DNA of 64,000 bases from an uncultured archaeon (GTDB lineage Archaea; Thermoproteota; Nitrososphaeria; Nitrososphaerales; Gagatemarchaeaceae): positions 192,001-256,000 of the forward strand of contig CAWFOU010000001.1 in the NCBI GenBank assembly GCA_963817525.1, written 5' to 3'. Positions 55,273 through 64,000 of the stretch are shown piece by piece. Below the pieces are notes generated by a model that saw only the letters and a program-made list of their open reading frames with translations, did not search any database and was not told the origin of the DNA. The stretch's first letter is position 1; each line of letters begins with the position of its first letter. Both the position numbers and the translations under genes were made by a program.

Positions 55273-56166
55273 TCACGCCTTGGTGCTGGCGGTCCCCAAG
55301 CTGTACCCCTTCGCGAGGTATCTCCTGATCGAGAGCATGACTATTATGGCAGGAACCCACGCGAGGAAGCCGGCCGCGTTAAGGTCGTCGAAACTGACCT
55401 GCCCGAAGCTCGACGTGGTCTCGCCTAGTCCGCTCCACACCCCGACCGCCACCGTCTTTGTCACCGGGCCGGTGAGGATGTCGGAGATCACGAACTCGTT
55501 CCAGATGAGGACGAAGGCGAAAAGGGCCGTCACGACTATTCCCGGCACCACCATTCTCAGCGCCACCCGCCTGAATATCTGCCACTCGCTGGCGCCGAAC
55601 ACGGCTGCCGCGTCGTACACCTCCTTTGGTATGTCAGTGAAGAACCCACGGAGCATCCACACGACTATCGAGAGGATCACCAGCTCCTCGGCGAGCGCGA
55701 TGCCGACGTAGGTGTCCCACAGCCCGTTCCGCGTGTAAAGGATGTAGAGCGGGACGATGACCACGAAGGGGGAGACGGCCCGGAGGGCGAGGAGCATGTA
55801 GGAGATTGCTCCCTTCCCCCTTATGGGAAGGCGCGCCAGCGCGTAGCCCGCTGTCACCCCCGCCAAGAGGGCGACCGCGATACTGATTGCCGCGATCGTC
55901 GCCGTGTTCATCAAGAGTCTCGGGAAGGCGACGAGGTTTAGGGCGTCGAGGTAATGAATCGGCGACGGGAAGATTCCCCCGCTGTAGAACGGAACCCCGC
56001 CTATCTCCCTGATTCCCTTGCCCGAGAAGAGCACGGAGAGGTCTATCTGGTAACCCTCGAGGGCCATGACCATGATAGGCCAGAAGGAGTAGAGCGCCGC
56101 CAGGATCAGCGCGACGTAGGTCAAGACCTTGCCGGCCTGGGGAGAGCGACCCCGCTTCTCTTCCAC
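55273..56166 (-). CDS. carbohydrate ABC permease (MalG-like)
   Basis: AGYALAR, GLWDT, WMLRGFFTDIPKEVYDAA..FGA, WNEF. Confidence 0.92.
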   Translation of the reverse strand: MEEKRGRSPQAGKVLTYVALILAALYSFWPIMVMALEGYQIDLSVLFSGKGIREIGGVPFYSGGIFPSPIHYLDALNLVAFPRLLMNTATIAAISIAVALLAGVTAGYALARLPIRGKGAISYMLLALRAVSPFVVIVPLYILYTRNGLWDTYVGIALAEELVILSIVVWMLRGFFTDIPKEVYDAAAVFGASEWQIFRRVALRMVVPGIVVTALFAFVLIWNEFVISDILTGPVTKTVAVGVWSGLGETTSSFGQVSFDDLNAAGFLAWVPAIIVMLSIRRYLAKGYSLGTASTKA

Positions 56167-56168
56167 TC

Positions 56169-57110
56169 CTATCTACCTCCAGAGACCGGCAGAGCGCGCG
56201 CAAACAAGCGGATAAGTCCAAACGCGACGATCAACGTCACTGCCAGCAGGGCGACGGCGACGGCGGTCACCAGGCCGATCGGGAAGCCGTACTGGGGGAC
56301 GAAGACCAGCTTGTAGAGGAAGAGGCTGAGCGTGTCCACGGGCGAACCCACGCTGGCCGGGTACCCTACCCAGTTTGACCATGCGAGGGGTATCTCGAAC
56401 GCGCGGAGCGCGTCAATCATCCTCAAGACAACGATGAACTGCATGACGGGAGAGGCGAGGATCGTTGGGAGAGTGACCATCTTGAACCGCTGCCAGGCCG
56501 TCGCGCCATGCAGTTCAGCGGCCTCTGAAACCTGGGCCGCCTGGGAGTTGGCGATGCTAAGGGCGACCAGCATGATCAGCGGCGCCCACTCCCAGGCTTC
56601 CGAGAAGATCATCACCGGGAAGAAGAAGAAAATCGAGAGCTCGTTGAAGTATGGCTGGTGAAGTATGAAGTGGCTAAAGGTCTGGATGTCGTCCCAGACC
56701 GAAGAGGGCGACCAGACTACTCCTGCGACGATGGGCGAGATGGCGAGCGGGAAGATGTAGATCGCCTGAAAATATCCTCTTCCTCGCACATTCTGTGTCA
56801 CGAGGAACGTGAGCCCGAGGCCTATGGCCACACACAAAGCGGTGCTCCCGGCCATGTACGCCAGCGACACGACGACTGAGTTCCAGAACGAATAGTCGCT
56901 CAACATGGTGGAGTAGTTGACCAGCGAGAGTGCCCCATTCGAGTTCGTGAGGCTGTACTTGATCCCATCGAGCAGAGGATAGAACTCAACCAGGGTCAGT
57001 ATTGCGAACAGCGGGATGAGCAGGAGGTACCAGTACGCGATGGATTCCTTCCGCCGTGGGGGTTTCGTCGTCAAGGTTTCGCCCGGAAAATTCCCTGAAC
57101 TGAGACACAT
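56169..57110 (-). CDS. carbohydrate ABC permease (MalF-like)
   Basis: FYPL, IFPLAISPIV, WEWAPL, EAAELHGATAWQRF, IDALRAFE; start uncertain. Confidence 0.9.
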   Translation of the reverse strand: MCLSSGNFPGETLTTKPPRRKESIAYWYLLLIPLFAILTLVEFYPLLDGIKYSLTNSNGALSLVNYSTMLSDYSFWNSVVVSLAYMAGSTALCVAIGLGLTFLVTQNVRGRGYFQAIYIFPLAISPIVAGVVWSPSSVWDDIQTFSHFILHQPYFNELSIFFFFPVMIFSEAWEWAPLIMLVALSIANSQAAQVSEAAELHGATAWQRFKMVTLPTILASPVMQFIVVLRMIDALRAFEIPLAWSNWVGYPASVGSPVDTLSLFLYKLVFVPQYGFPIGLVTAVAVALLAVTLIVAFGLIRLFARALPVSGGR

Positions 57111-57309
57111 GAGCGAGAACTAATAAGCCTTGACCGAATTCTCGGGCCCAACAAAGTCGCGCCCCCCCTTAACAACCACTCCTGTCCTTTGGGGTCAGCG
57201 CGCAACAAATTCGAACAACTATTCCCCGCTTGTCAGGTTCCCGGGCGGCATGATCGACGGCTTTCCTCACAGCGACGCTTATTTAGTCGGTTGACGAATA
57301 TCGTGAGAT

Positions 57310-57951
57310 ATGTCCTCGCTGGACACGAAGCTCGGAAAGCGGAAGACCGTCAACATGAATGAGGACGTGGCGCAGGAACTCAACAGGCTTGCCAACCTGT
57401 CGGGAAAGACCCTCTACAGCCTGATAAACGAGATCGGGATTCAGGCGCTGCAAGCGGACAAGCAAGGGTTCAGCCTCGAGGAGGCGGTGGCGGCGAAGAA
57501 ACTGTTGCAGAGGGCGAGGCGGTCGAGGATGGTCCTTGTGAATCAAGACCTCTGGTATTTTGCGAGTTCAGAGGCAATGAAGGCGTCCAAGAGCAAGTGG
57601 CTGAAGTTGATCCGCGACAGCTCCCAATGGCAGGCCAATGTCTTCTTGTCCGGGTCGAACGATGTGGAGTTCATCGAGTCCATGAGGAAGCTCCTCGCCA
57701 ACTACTTCTGGGACTGCGGCGAGGTCGCGCTGGAACGCGGTGAAAAGGGAGAGATGCTCGCGCTCAGGATTGCCTTCGTCCCCGAGATGCCCCTCGAGCA
57801 CACGCAGGGCCTCTTCAAGGCGTTCGAGGGGATGTTCAACGTCCACGGCTACGTGCCCACCGACTACACCGTCGAGCCGGGCTACCTCGCCATCAGCTTC
57901 AGGAAAGTGGGCGGGGCGGGTCTATCAAAGCCGAGTCCGGCGATGGGCTAG
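57310..57951 (+). CDS. putative regulator (RHH-like N-terminus)
   Basis: RKTVNMNEDVAQELNRLANLSGKTLYSLINE follows a ribbon-helix-helix pattern. Confidence 0.65.
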   Translation: MSSLDTKLGKRKTVNMNEDVAQELNRLANLSGKTLYSLINEIGIQALQADKQGFSLEEAVAAKKLLQRARRSRMVLVNQDLWYFASSEAMKASKSKWLKLIRDSSQWQANVFLSGSNDVEFIESMRKLLANYFWDCGEVALERGEKGEMLALRIAFVPEMPLEHTQGLFKAFEGMFNVHGYVPTDYTVEPGYLAISFRKVGGAGLSKPSPAMG

Positions 57952-58295
57952 GCCGCCGCCTCTAACTTCTCGGTCTCCCAGATTTCGTCGTGCGCCGGCA
58001 CCGCTTCTTTCAATTTCGAGTTCTTGATGTAGACGACGTACATCTCCCTTAGCCCCAGGGCTATGAAGAACCCGGAGAGCGCCGCCGGCGGGTCGTTGAA
58101 TGTGACAGTGAGCTGGTATCCGAAGAACCTTGCCATGTAGTTCGTCAAAAGGTCGAACACCCTGTCTAATTCGAGAAAGGCCAGCCCCGCGACTATGTAG
58201 TACGGGGCCCGCCCGCCCTTCAAGGCCACGTAGTCGAACTTGTCCGACAGGCGAACGATCTTGACGGCGTAATAGATAGCGACCGCGACGACCAC
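57948..58295 (-). CDS. membrane protein (start uncertain; frame is open further upstream)
   Basis: Three TM helices, host-like codons. Confidence 0.65.
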   Translation of the reverse strand: MVVAVAIYYAVKIVRLSDKFDYVALKGGRAPYYIVAGLAFLELDRVFDLLTNYMARFFGYQLTVTFNDPPAALSGFFIALGLREMYVVYIKNSKLKEAVPAHDEIWETEKLEAAA

Positions 58296-58545
58296 GACGC
58301 TGATCGAATTGGTTATGTCGTCGGGGACCAGCTGATAGCCGAATATGGCAGGAAGTAGCGAGCTAGAACGACCTTCCCGTGGACGAACTGCTTCCGAGCA
58401 GGCTCTTCACAGACGACCAACCTTGAGACTAAATCCTCCTTCGGCTAGATAAACCCCTTGAGTCCAATTGTCTTCCTTGGGAGCGGCGAACCGGCCACGA
58501 CGGGGAGTGCGAAGCGGCTACGCCTAACATCCATCGGGCGAATGA

Positions 58546-58986
58546 TTACTTTACTACGAACCAGCCGGTCATCGCTTGACCCGAGTCGCAACTCCCGCCT
58601 CCGCAGTCCGCCGAGGGCTCGGAGTAGGTATAGTTTCCAGATGGACTCGCCACAAAAGAGAGCATCACCGTGGCGTTGGGTTTCATCTCTCCGGTGTCTA
58701 TGTTGAAGTTGGGGACGGCCAGGCCGTGGGGGATGTCGTCCGTGTTAGTGATTACGAGGGTAATGTGGGCCCCGTTGGCCACGGTGAAGTTGTCGGGATA
58801 GTAGGTCGCGGGCACGCTCGCGGATGGGTCGGTGGAGTTGACTAAGGCGCCTCCGATATCAATTATTACGTTCTCGGAGAAGTAGCCGGTCGACGGCTTG
58901 TTGTACACAGCAAAGTAGTATAGACCGCTGAGCGCGATTATCACTATGATGACTATCGCGCCGATTTGTATTCCCGACATCTTCAT
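58546..58986 (-). CDS. cupredoxin-fold protein
   Basis: YPDNFTVANG..ITLVITNTD..PHGL, F.A..SGNYTY, MTGWFVV. Confidence 0.85.
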   Translation of the reverse strand: MKMSGIQIGAIVIIVIIALSGLYYFAVYNKPSTGYFSENVIIDIGGALVNSTDPSASVPATYYPDNFTVANGAHITLVITNTDDIPHGLAVPNFNIDTGEMKPNATVMLSFVASPSGNYTYSEPSADCGGGSCDSGQAMTGWFVVK

Positions 58987-59268
58987 CTTTCGACCGGCAG
59001 CGGGAGCCGCCACCGAGCCTCGCCTCCGTTTCCAGCGCGAAGGACTAGTTCGCAAACGGGATTTCATCGAGCAGTATACTTGATATAAACCCTATGAGTG
59101 CGATTTGCGAAAGGCCGTCGTGTGCTCATCCGCACTCAAACAGTATAAATCGACTCGAGTTCGCAAAGCCACGACGTCGTGATGCATACGAACTGCCTCC
59201 TTGTTGAAAGCCGCTCCAAAAGACTTATTGCGGTCGGGCAATGTTATTTGGCTAAGGTGAGCCACTGA

Positions 59269-59706
59269 ATGGTCAGCAGAAGTGTGATCCTGGCGGTCGT
59301 CATCGTGGCAATCTTGGCTGTGAGCGCAGGCTATTACATCAACTCGGTGAGCGGGAATGCGGCGAACTCGGAGACGATTAACATGGAGGTTACGCAAGGG
59401 ACGCCCCAGAACGGCGGGCCTGACGCATTCCTGCCGGCGAGCTTCACCGTGACCGAGGGGGATCACGTCACCATCGTGTTCGACAACACCGACGACGGTC
59501 CGCACGAGTTCCAGATACCCGCCCTTGGCGTGAGCACGGGGATAGTTCAAGGGGGGCAGACTGTCAGGACGGTCTTCGTCCCGAACAAGCTTGGCACCTT
59601 CGCCTACGATCAGCCGCAAGGGGCATGCGTGTCGATCCAGGACCCTGCGGTAAGCTGCACCGGCGCCCAGTTGACGAACGGCAACGTGACAGTAATCGCT
59701 CCGTGA
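59269..59706 (+). CDS. cupredoxin-fold protein
   Basis: FLPASFTVTEGDHVTIVFDNTD..PHEFQI, F.P.K.GTFAY, GNVTV. Confidence 0.85.
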   Translation: MVSRSVILAVVIVAILAVSAGYYINSVSGNAANSETINMEVTQGTPQNGGPDAFLPASFTVTEGDHVTIVFDNTDDGPHEFQIPALGVSTGIVQGGQTVRTVFVPNKLGTFAYDQPQGACVSIQDPAVSCTGAQLTNGNVTVIAP

Positions 59707-59764
59707 AGGCCTGTCCGCCTTCCGTCGCTCGAATAAATAGGGCTGGCCAGGAGGTTTAGCCTCG

Positions 59765-61117
59765 TTGACGGGAAGGAGCGACTGGGCCCGGAGGTCGGGC
59801 TTTGGAAGGGGTACGGCAGCGCTCGCCGTGGTCCTGGTGGTTTTGTTGGTCGGCGTCGCGGCATACGCCGCGCTGGCACCATCGTCGTTCGCCGTCCCAG
59901 CATGCTCGAGCGGACCGGCCCCCAGTTTTGATTCCTCGACGATTAAGATTGGATACGTGACCGAGCTCAGCGGGGAATCGGTGCCCAATGCCTATGCCTC
60001 GAGGATAGGAGCGGAGCTGGCGGTGAACCAGACCAACGCCGCGGGGGGCGTGGACGGCAAGACGATCGACCTCGTGGTAATGGACGATCAGACGACACCC
60101 CAAGTGGCCGCGCAACGGGCCCAGGCCCTCGACCAGCAGGACAGCGTGCTAGCTCTGACCGGTCCGACCGACCTACCCGACGCCATGGCGGTCTCGAGCT
60201 ACGCTGAAGCCTGCGGCGTCCCGTTCGTAGACTCGACGGTCTCCTCCGCGGTGCTGGTCCCGGCTGGAGCCCACTGGACCGTCAGCGTCCAGCCAGACGC
60301 GGTGCAATGGGGAGCGGCGGTGGGGAAGTACGTATCAGAGGCCATCCCAGGCGCAAAGATCGCTCTGATGACCCAGAACGCCGAGGAGCAGAACGAGATG
60401 GCGGCGGGAGTGAAGTGGTACGTCAACACCTACAGGAATGAGAGCCTGGTGTTCGACCAGGAGTATGCCAACGCCCAGTTCGCTTGGGCAACGGCTGCCG
60501 CCGCTGCCAAGTTCTCTGGAGCGAACGCGGTGGTAGTGTCGTGGGTCTCGAGCGCGGGCTTTTCCCAGTCAAACGTCATCACTGCGCTCCTGTCTGCCGG
60601 CTTCCAGCCGAGTCAGATATTCGTCGTCGACGCCACGAACCAGGTCACCGACCTTGGCGTGGGGGCCACGGGAATCAGGGGGGCGACCCTCTTCGACGGC
60701 GCGATGGCGCAGGGGTATCCTAACGCCACGGCGTTCGCGAACGAATTGGCGAACTTCACCGACGGACAGCTGAACTCGAAGGATTATTGCGGCGTCTGCC
60801 CCACGGACGTTGGCCCCATCTACTACTACTCATACCTGGGCACGGAAATGATGATCAACGCGATCCGAAGCGTGCTCTCAAGCGGCCAAGCCCTTAGCAG
60901 GGGGGACTTCATGTCTGCGATGAAGCATCAGAGCATCCAAGACGCCTTCGGGAATACCGTGAGCATCGGGGCCTCTGGGACCTCGTTGGGGAGCTACTAC
61001 ATAGTCGGGGTCGGTCCGTTGAACGCGACCCAGAGCACCTATCCCTTGGAGATAATCAAGACGATCAGGTTCGCGCCCGGGACCATCCCAGCCTACAACC
61101 TCGCGAAGACTGCCTGA
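59765..61117 (+). CDS. branched-chain amino acid-type (class I) ABC substrate-binding protein
   Basis: IKIGYVTELSG, ELAVNQTNAAGGVDGKTIDLVVMDD. Confidence 0.88.
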   Translation: MTGRSDWARRSGFGRGTAALAVVLVVLLVGVAAYAALAPSSFAVPACSSGPAPSFDSSTIKIGYVTELSGESVPNAYASRIGAELAVNQTNAAGGVDGKTIDLVVMDDQTTPQVAAQRAQALDQQDSVLALTGPTDLPDAMAVSSYAEACGVPFVDSTVSSAVLVPAGAHWTVSVQPDAVQWGAAVGKYVSEAIPGAKIALMTQNAEEQNEMAAGVKWYVNTYRNESLVFDQEYANAQFAWATAAAAAKFSGANAVVVSWVSSAGFSQSNVITALLSAGFQPSQIFVVDATNQVTDLGVGATGIRGATLFDGAMAQGYPNATAFANELANFTDGQLNSKDYCGVCPTDVGPIYYYSYLGTEMMINAIRSVLSSGQALSRGDFMSAMKHQSIQDAFGNTVSIGASGTSLGSYYIVGVGPLNATQSTYPLEIIKTIRFAPGTIPAYNLAKTA

Positions 61118-61135
61118 GGGTAGCCGCAGCCCTCT

Positions 61136-62047
61136 TCAGCGGGCCATTCCGAGGCTGAATCCCTTCGCGAGATATTTCCTTATGGCGAGCATCACTGCTA
61201 TCGCGGGGATGTAGGCCAGGGTACCTGCTGCGTTGAGGCTGTCCCACGCGAGGACGTTGAACGAGGTCTGGTTGACGTTCATCCCCTCCCACACCCCCAC
61301 CGCTACCGTCCGGGTCGCGACTCCCGTCAGCGTGTCTGCTATGAGGAATTCGTTCCACAGAAGGACCAGCGCGAACATAGTGGTTACGACAACTCCCGGG
61401 ATGACCATCGGGAGAATCACGCGCCTGAATACATGCCACTCGCTCTTGCCGAACACGGTGGCCGCCTCGTAGACGTCCCGCGGGACGTCGGAGAAGAAGC
61501 CCCGGAGCATCCAGACCACGACGGACAGGATGAGCAGTTGCTCTGCCAACGCGATCCCAGTGAATGTGTCATACAGTCCGAGCGAGGAGTATGCCACGTA
61601 GAGCGGAATTATCACGACGAACTGGGACATCGTGCGAAGCGCGAGGAGGAGATACGAGATGAAGCTCTTGCCTCTCACGTCGATGCGGGCGAGGACGTAG
61701 GCGACTGGGATGCCCACGACCAACGCGATCGAGATGGCGAGGGCCGCCATGGCCAGCGTGTCCGCGACGAGCCTGGGATACGCCTCGACGCTGAGGTCTT
61801 GGAGATAGAAGTAGGCTGTCGGAATTATCGTCTTCGGCGCCACCGTCAAGCCTCCTATCTGGATCGCGATCGCCCTTCCGGCGAAAATTACCCCGAGGTC
61901 GATGTTGTATCCCTCGAGAGCCATTACCATTATCGGCCAGAACGAGTAGAACGCGGCGAGCGTCGCCATTACGTATAGGAGGATTCTCCCTGGGCTCCGG
62001 CGGCCTTTCGCGGGGCTCGGCTTGGCATTGGGCTTGAGGGTTTCCAA
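61136..62047 (-). CDS. carbohydrate ABC permease (MalG-like), paralog of 55273..56166
   Basis: Identical YSFWPIMVMALEGY; WMLRGFF, YEAA, WNEF. Confidence 0.92.
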   Translation of the reverse strand: METLKPNAKPSPAKGRRSPGRILLYVMATLAAFYSFWPIMVMALEGYNIDLGVIFAGRAIAIQIGGLTVAPKTIIPTAYFYLQDLSVEAYPRLVADTLAMAALAISIALVVGIPVAYVLARIDVRGKSFISYLLLALRTMSQFVVIIPLYVAYSSLGLYDTFTGIALAEQLLILSVVVWMLRGFFSDVPRDVYEAATVFGKSEWHVFRRVILPMVIPGVVVTTMFALVLLWNEFLIADTLTGVATRTVAVGVWEGMNVNQTSFNVLAWDSLNAAGTLAYIPAIAVMLAIRKYLAKGFSLGMAR

Positions 62048-62054
62048 TTTCGGG

Positions 62055-62918
62055 CTAACCTCCGACCGCCTTCAGGAGCCGAAGCAGCACCGCTGCGCCG
62101 GCCAGCGTGACAACGAAGAGGGCCACCGCCACCGCGGACACCACGCCGATGGGGAAGCCGAGGGAGGACGAGAAGAGAAGCTTGTAGAGGTAGAGGCTTA
62201 TCGTGTCCACCGGGGAGCCGATGGTGGTCTGATATCCGAGCCAATTGGACCAGGCCAGCGGGATCTCGAACGCCCTCATGGCGTCGATGAACCTGAGCAC
62301 AACGATGAACTGCATGACGGGAGACTTGAAGACCGTGGGGATGGTTATCATCCTGAACTTTTGGAGCGTCGACGCCCCGTGCACCTCCGCGGCCTCGTAG
62401 ATCTCTTTCGCTGTGCCGTTGTATATGCTGAGGGCTACCAACATGATCAGGGGGGACCACTCCCACGCCTCCGAGAAGAACATGACCGGAAAGTAGAAGG
62501 ACGGAACGAGTTCGTTGAAGTAAGGCTGGTGGAGCTGGAAATGCAAGAAGCCCTGTATGTCGTCCCAAACCGACGATGGTGCATAGAGGACCCCTACCAC
62601 AATCGGGGCCACCGCCAACGGAAGTATGTAGATCACCTCGAGCCATCCTTTACCTCGTATTTGCTGGGTCAGGATGAACGTCAGACCTAGCCCTATCCCG
62701 ACTGCAAGGATCGTGCTCGAGAGGGAGTAGAGCAAGGAGACGTTCAGGGCGTTGTAGAACGTCGAGGTGGAGAACATCGTGACGTAGTTGGCCAGGCTCG
62801 GCGCGCCGTTGAGGTTAGTCAGGCTGATCCAGACGCTAAATATCAGCGGATAGATCTCGACGAGCCCTATGACCGCGAAGAGGGGTATGAAGAGCAGATA
62901 CCAGCGTCTGGATTCCAT
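62055..62918 (-). CDS. carbohydrate ABC permease (MalF-like), paralog of 56169..57110
   Basis: Shared PSSVWDDIQ, HQPYFNEL, RAFEIPLAWSNW, GSPVDT. Confidence 0.92.
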   Translation of the reverse strand: MESRRWYLLFIPLFAVIGLVEIYPLIFSVWISLTNLNGAPSLANYVTMFSTSTFYNALNVSLLYSLSSTILAVGIGLGLTFILTQQIRGKGWLEVIYILPLAVAPIVVGVLYAPSSVWDDIQGFLHFQLHQPYFNELVPSFYFPVMFFSEAWEWSPLIMLVALSIYNGTAKEIYEAAEVHGASTLQKFRMITIPTVFKSPVMQFIVVLRFIDAMRAFEIPLAWSNWLGYQTTIGSPVDTISLYLYKLLFSSSLGFPIGVVSAVAVALFVVTLAGAAVLLRLLKAVGG

Positions 62919-63057
62919 TCGGGTCCATCACGCTCGCTGGTGTCTTACGGGCATTCGCCAGTCAGGCCGCGGGTTCGTATATGACTGTTTCTTAGTTTGA
63001 CGATTTCGGGCGTCATCACGAGGCTCGCATCTCCCCTGTCAATCCGGCTCCCTCAGC

Positions 63058-63633
63058 CTAAGCAGCAGAAGGAAGCGTCAACGGGTGCGCGGTGCAGCTT
63101 CCGATCGGCCCGGAATTTGCCGCCACCACCTCAGCTTCCGACGGCGGCACACCCGTCCCCGTGCTGGTTGTCGACAGCAGCGTGGCGTTCTGCGTCACCT
63201 CGAAGAACCCCTCGAGGCACGGGCCTTTCAACTGGCCGCTCGCGGCGCTGGGGGGCGTTATGGGGGAGATGAACGAGTAATTGCCGAGCGTCTTGGCAGT
63301 GAAGGTTACCCGCCCGGTGGTCCCGGCGTATATCGTCACGTTGATATTGTATTGGCTGAGCGTGAAGACCCTTGTCTCGTCGTCACCGTTCTGAATCGCG
63401 AGCGAGATGTTCTCTCCCGGCTGGACATATATCGTGTCCGGATAGAAGTGGTCGAGCTGCAAGGCCGGGTCGTCTTCATAGATGTGGAGGTCGATTCCTG
63501 TCGTGGCATTCGATTTGTTCGCGTTGCTCAGGACTTCCTCTCCGGCGACGATAGCGACCACCAGGACGACTGCAAGGACTATGGCCATCGTGCGGGTGAT
63601 GGCCGACCTCTTCTGCGCGAACAAGTTGCTCAT
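63058..63633 (-). CDS. cupredoxin-fold protein with a class III-like signal peptide
   Basis: KRSA-ITRT plus TM; FYPDTIYVQPGENISLAIQN, FTAKTLGNYSF, EGFFEV. Confidence 0.78.
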   Translation of the reverse strand: MSNLFAQKRSAITRTMAIVLAVVLVVAIVAGEEVLSNANKSNATTGIDLHIYEDDPALQLDHFYPDTIYVQPGENISLAIQNGDDETRVFTLSQYNINVTIYAGTTGRVTFTAKTLGNYSFISPITPPSAASGQLKGPCLEGFFEVTQNATLLSTTSTGTGVPPSEAEVVAANSGPIGSCTAHPLTLPSAA

Positions 63634-63827
63634 TTTCGTTAAGCGACGGATTTATCTTCTTCGGTAGGCCCGTCTTAAACCGCCCGCACTCAAAGCATAA
63701 ATAAACACCGGGGGCACCGCAACGAACAAGGCCTTCTATGCTCAAAGAGAATCGCGCAATTGCCTCGGGGAGCTATGGGGGAAGGGCTGCCGCGGCAAGT
63801 ACGCTTCGCGGGACTTGATCCAACCAA

Positions 63828-64000
63828 ATGGCCAATCTAGATATCGATAACGTTTCGAAGAGCTACGGCTCCACGCAGGCGGTGAAGGAGGTCTCGCTCA
63901 AGGTGAGCAACGGGACCTTCACAGTGATCCTCGGCCCGTCCGGGTCCGGGAAGACCACCCTCCTCCGCTGCGTCGCGGGGTTTGAGAAACCGGACGCCGG
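63828..64000 (+). CDS. MalK-like ABC ATP-binding protein (partial)
   Basis: Own translation: MANLDIDNVSKSYGSTQAVKEVSLKVSNGTFTVILGPSGSGKTTLLRCVAGFEKPDA. Confidence 0.9.
   Translation, partial: MANLDIDNVSKSYGSTQAVKEVSLKVSNGTFTVILGPSGSGKTTLLRCVAGFEKPDA

Overview
GC-rich archaeal chromosome segment: EF-1alpha, eL13, tRNA introns with bulge-helix-bulge (BHB) motifs and TATA-like promoters. The gene content, including an S53 protease, DUF929 and a PQQ dehydrogenase, suggests a non-ammonia-oxidising, probably acidophilic Nitrososphaerota; this placement is inference. Housekeeping genes include tuf, hisC, lhr, guaB/guaA, adenosine deaminase, sod, ogg, ctaB/ctaA and a three-intron tRNA-Tyr. Main observations: (1) a free-standing LAGLIDADG endonuclease cassette at the 3' end of tuf, with an abruptly recoded tuf tail and a displaced second copy of the tail about 2.1 kb downstream, as expected for intronless homing; (2) two solo TnpB elements sharing an omegaRNA-like 3' sequence and promoter, one bounded by 28-bp terminal inverted repeats (TIRs) and a near-perfect 8-bp direct repeat, which is IS6/ISL3-like DDE architecture rather than IS200/IS605; (3) a methionine operon with three MetE half-barrel proteins, one fused to a DUF4346-like domain, plus MetF; (4) a ~20 kb cluster around a surface-anchored PQQ-type dehydrogenase with three atypical cupredoxins and duplicated ABC modules; (5) a start-less Cys-rich ORF in frame after a TGA stop. 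Three frameshifts (tuf, a thioesterase, the second tnpB) may be assembly errors. All calls come from reading motifs; no searches were run.
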